From assembly GCA_037444445.1 (NCBI GenBank), contig JBBIMK010000035.1, forward strand, positions 1 to 16,388: a stretch of DNA of 16,388 nucleotides. Direction: 5' to 3'. How positions within the stretch are numbered: the stretch's first letter is position 1; each line of letters opens with the position of its first letter. The position numbers and the translations under genes are program-made. The DNA comes from a bacterium (GTDB lineage: Bacteria > UBP7 > UBA6624 > JBBIMK01). Positions 15,642-16,388 of the stretch are shown piece after piece. Under the pieces are notes generated by a model, which was given only the letters and a program-made list of their open reading frames with translations, did not search any database and was not told the origin of the DNA.

Positions 15642-15689
15642 CAGGCAGGCAAACCTTTGCTTCGCAAAAACTTCTTTTATGCTGGAGCC

Positions 15690-16388
15690 GTTTTTTGTTT
15701 TCCCTTTTCTCAAATTTTGTTATAAAATATGGTCGTAGCAGATCAAGATATGAAAGGTATAAGAATTGGAAAAAGCTCTGGAGGTAGGATAGTGGTTTCC
15801 TTTCCTTATAATCCCGATTATATTTCAAAGGTAAAAACCTTTAAGCGATACCGATGGCATCCAGAAGAGAGGTGCTGGAGTTTTCCATGCAACACAGATA
15901 CGCTGGAAAGGCTGTTTTCCATATTTGATGGAGAGATAATGGATGTGGACCCCGCTCTCCAGGGAGAGACAAAACAATTTGAAGACCTGCGAAAAGAACT
16001 GATGGCGAGGAGATATAGCGCCAAGACCATAAAATCCTATATACGCTGTAATCAGCTGTTCCTGAAGTTTGTAGAAAAGTCGCCTGCTGAAATTACCAAT
16101 GAGGATGTGCGGAATTTTCTTGTATATCTTGCGGAAGGAAGAAAAGCATCTACATCCAGTTTGAACATAGCGATTAATGCATTGAAGTTCTATTATGGCA
16201 ATATTCAGAAAAGGGAGTTTATATATGAGATTAGGAGACCGAAGAAGGATAAAAAATTACCGGTAGTGTTGAGTAGAGAAGAGGTTTCGAATATCTTTTC
16301 ATCGGTTGAAAATCTCAAGCACAAGACGCTCTTGATGCTTACTTACTCGGCAGGACTTCGGGTGAGCGAAGTAATAAAATTGAAACTC
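15690..16388. mobile_element. probable left edge of an integrated element (integrase-proximal end), extending beyond the window
   Basis: An integrase gene coincides with an abrupt compositional drop. By hand count GC is 21/60 (16141-16200) and 18/60 (16201-16260), against 33/60 (9181-9240) and 29/60 (15181-15240) in the cassette. No att repeat can be confirmed because the other end is outside the window. Confidence 0.4.
15729..16388 (+). CDS. tyrosine recombinase / phage-type integrase (XerC/XerD-like), 5' fragment truncated by the window end
   Basis: It is absent from the ORF track because it has no stop in the window. The frame is open from 15726 to 16388, with ATG at 15729 and an alternative ATG at 15750. 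My translation is …MKGIRIGKSSGGRIVVSFPYNPDYISKVKTFKRYRWHPEERCWSFP… RRYSAKTIKSYIRCNQLFLKF…NEDVRNFLVYLAEGRKASTSSLNIAINALKFYY…LPVVLSREEVSNIF…TLLMLTYSAGLRVSEVIKLKL. This shows a SAM-like N-terminal core-binding domain and the first catalytic Arg box (GLRxSE) of tyrosine recombinases. Confidence 0.8.
   Translation, partial: MVVADQDMKGIRIGKSSGGRIVVSFPYNPDYISKVKTFKRYRWHPEERCWSFPCNTDTLERLFSIFDGEIMDVDPALQGETKQFEDLRKELMARRYSAKTIKSYIRCNQLFLKFVEKSPAEITNEDVRNFLVYLAEGRKASTSSLNIAINALKFYYGNIQKREFIYEIRRPKKDKKLPVVLSREEVSNIFSSVENLKHKTLLMLTYSAGLRVSEVIKLKL

Noticed and set aside
15366-15728. A tRNA or tmRNA gene as the integration target next to the integrase.
   Set aside because: I scanned both strands for a T-arm (GGTTCGAAT-like loop with a 5-bp stem), D-arm consensus and acceptor pairing. 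The closest string (GGGCTTCAAAC, 15547-15557) has no complementary stem. A covariance-model scan (tRNAscan-SE/Infernal) would be the decisive check.
15478-15828. 116-aa minus-strand ORF, and 62- to 95-aa plus-strand ORFs, in the integrase-upstream region.
   Set aside because: The translations are low-complexity or Cys/Arg/Lys-rich without motifs. The minus-strand ORF overlaps the integrase 5' end, and no SD sequences are present. The region is better explained as non-coding att/regulatory DNA.
1-16388. CRISPR arrays, rRNA genes, IS elements with terminal inverted repeats, and toxin-antitoxin or known defence-system gene pairs.
   Set aside because: No regularly spaced direct repeats, rRNA-like conserved blocks, transposase motifs (DDE) or recognisable defence domains were seen on either strand. 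The only mobile-element signal is the terminal integrase fragment.

Overview
Bacterial chromosomal window in three parts. All family calls come from motif recognition by eye; no database search was run.

(1) 1-7589: eight minus-strand genes, mostly housekeeping. They are thiL-tsaE-tsaB, two uncharacterised proteins, an M24 Xaa-Pro peptidase, a membrane-anchored cyclophilin fusion and a flippase-like membrane protein.

(2) 7689-15365: a tightly packed plus-strand cassette. It holds a TetR regulator, four genes of a Bzd/Bcr-type ATP-dependent (class I benzoyl-CoA-reductase-like) enzyme, a 2x[4Fe-4S] ferredoxin, and an 843-aa multi-cluster flavoprotein that fuses a NuoG-like Fe-S N-terminus, a GltD/NfnB-like body and an unknown C-terminal module. 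The four reductase genes are two HgdA/B-like core subunits and two BcrA/D-type ATPases.

(3) 15366-16388: a structured non-coding stretch, then an AT-rich 5' fragment of a tyrosine recombinase gene that the ORF track missed because it runs off the window. This is probably the edge of an integrated element.

The most interesting signal is the cassette. It looks like a complete 'low-potential electron pump': regulator, ATP-driven reductase, dedicated ferredoxin and a putative ferredoxin-regenerating enzyme. No benzoate-CoA ligase or ring-hydration/ring-cleavage genes are in view, so its substrate and the mechanism of its unusual reductase partner are open.
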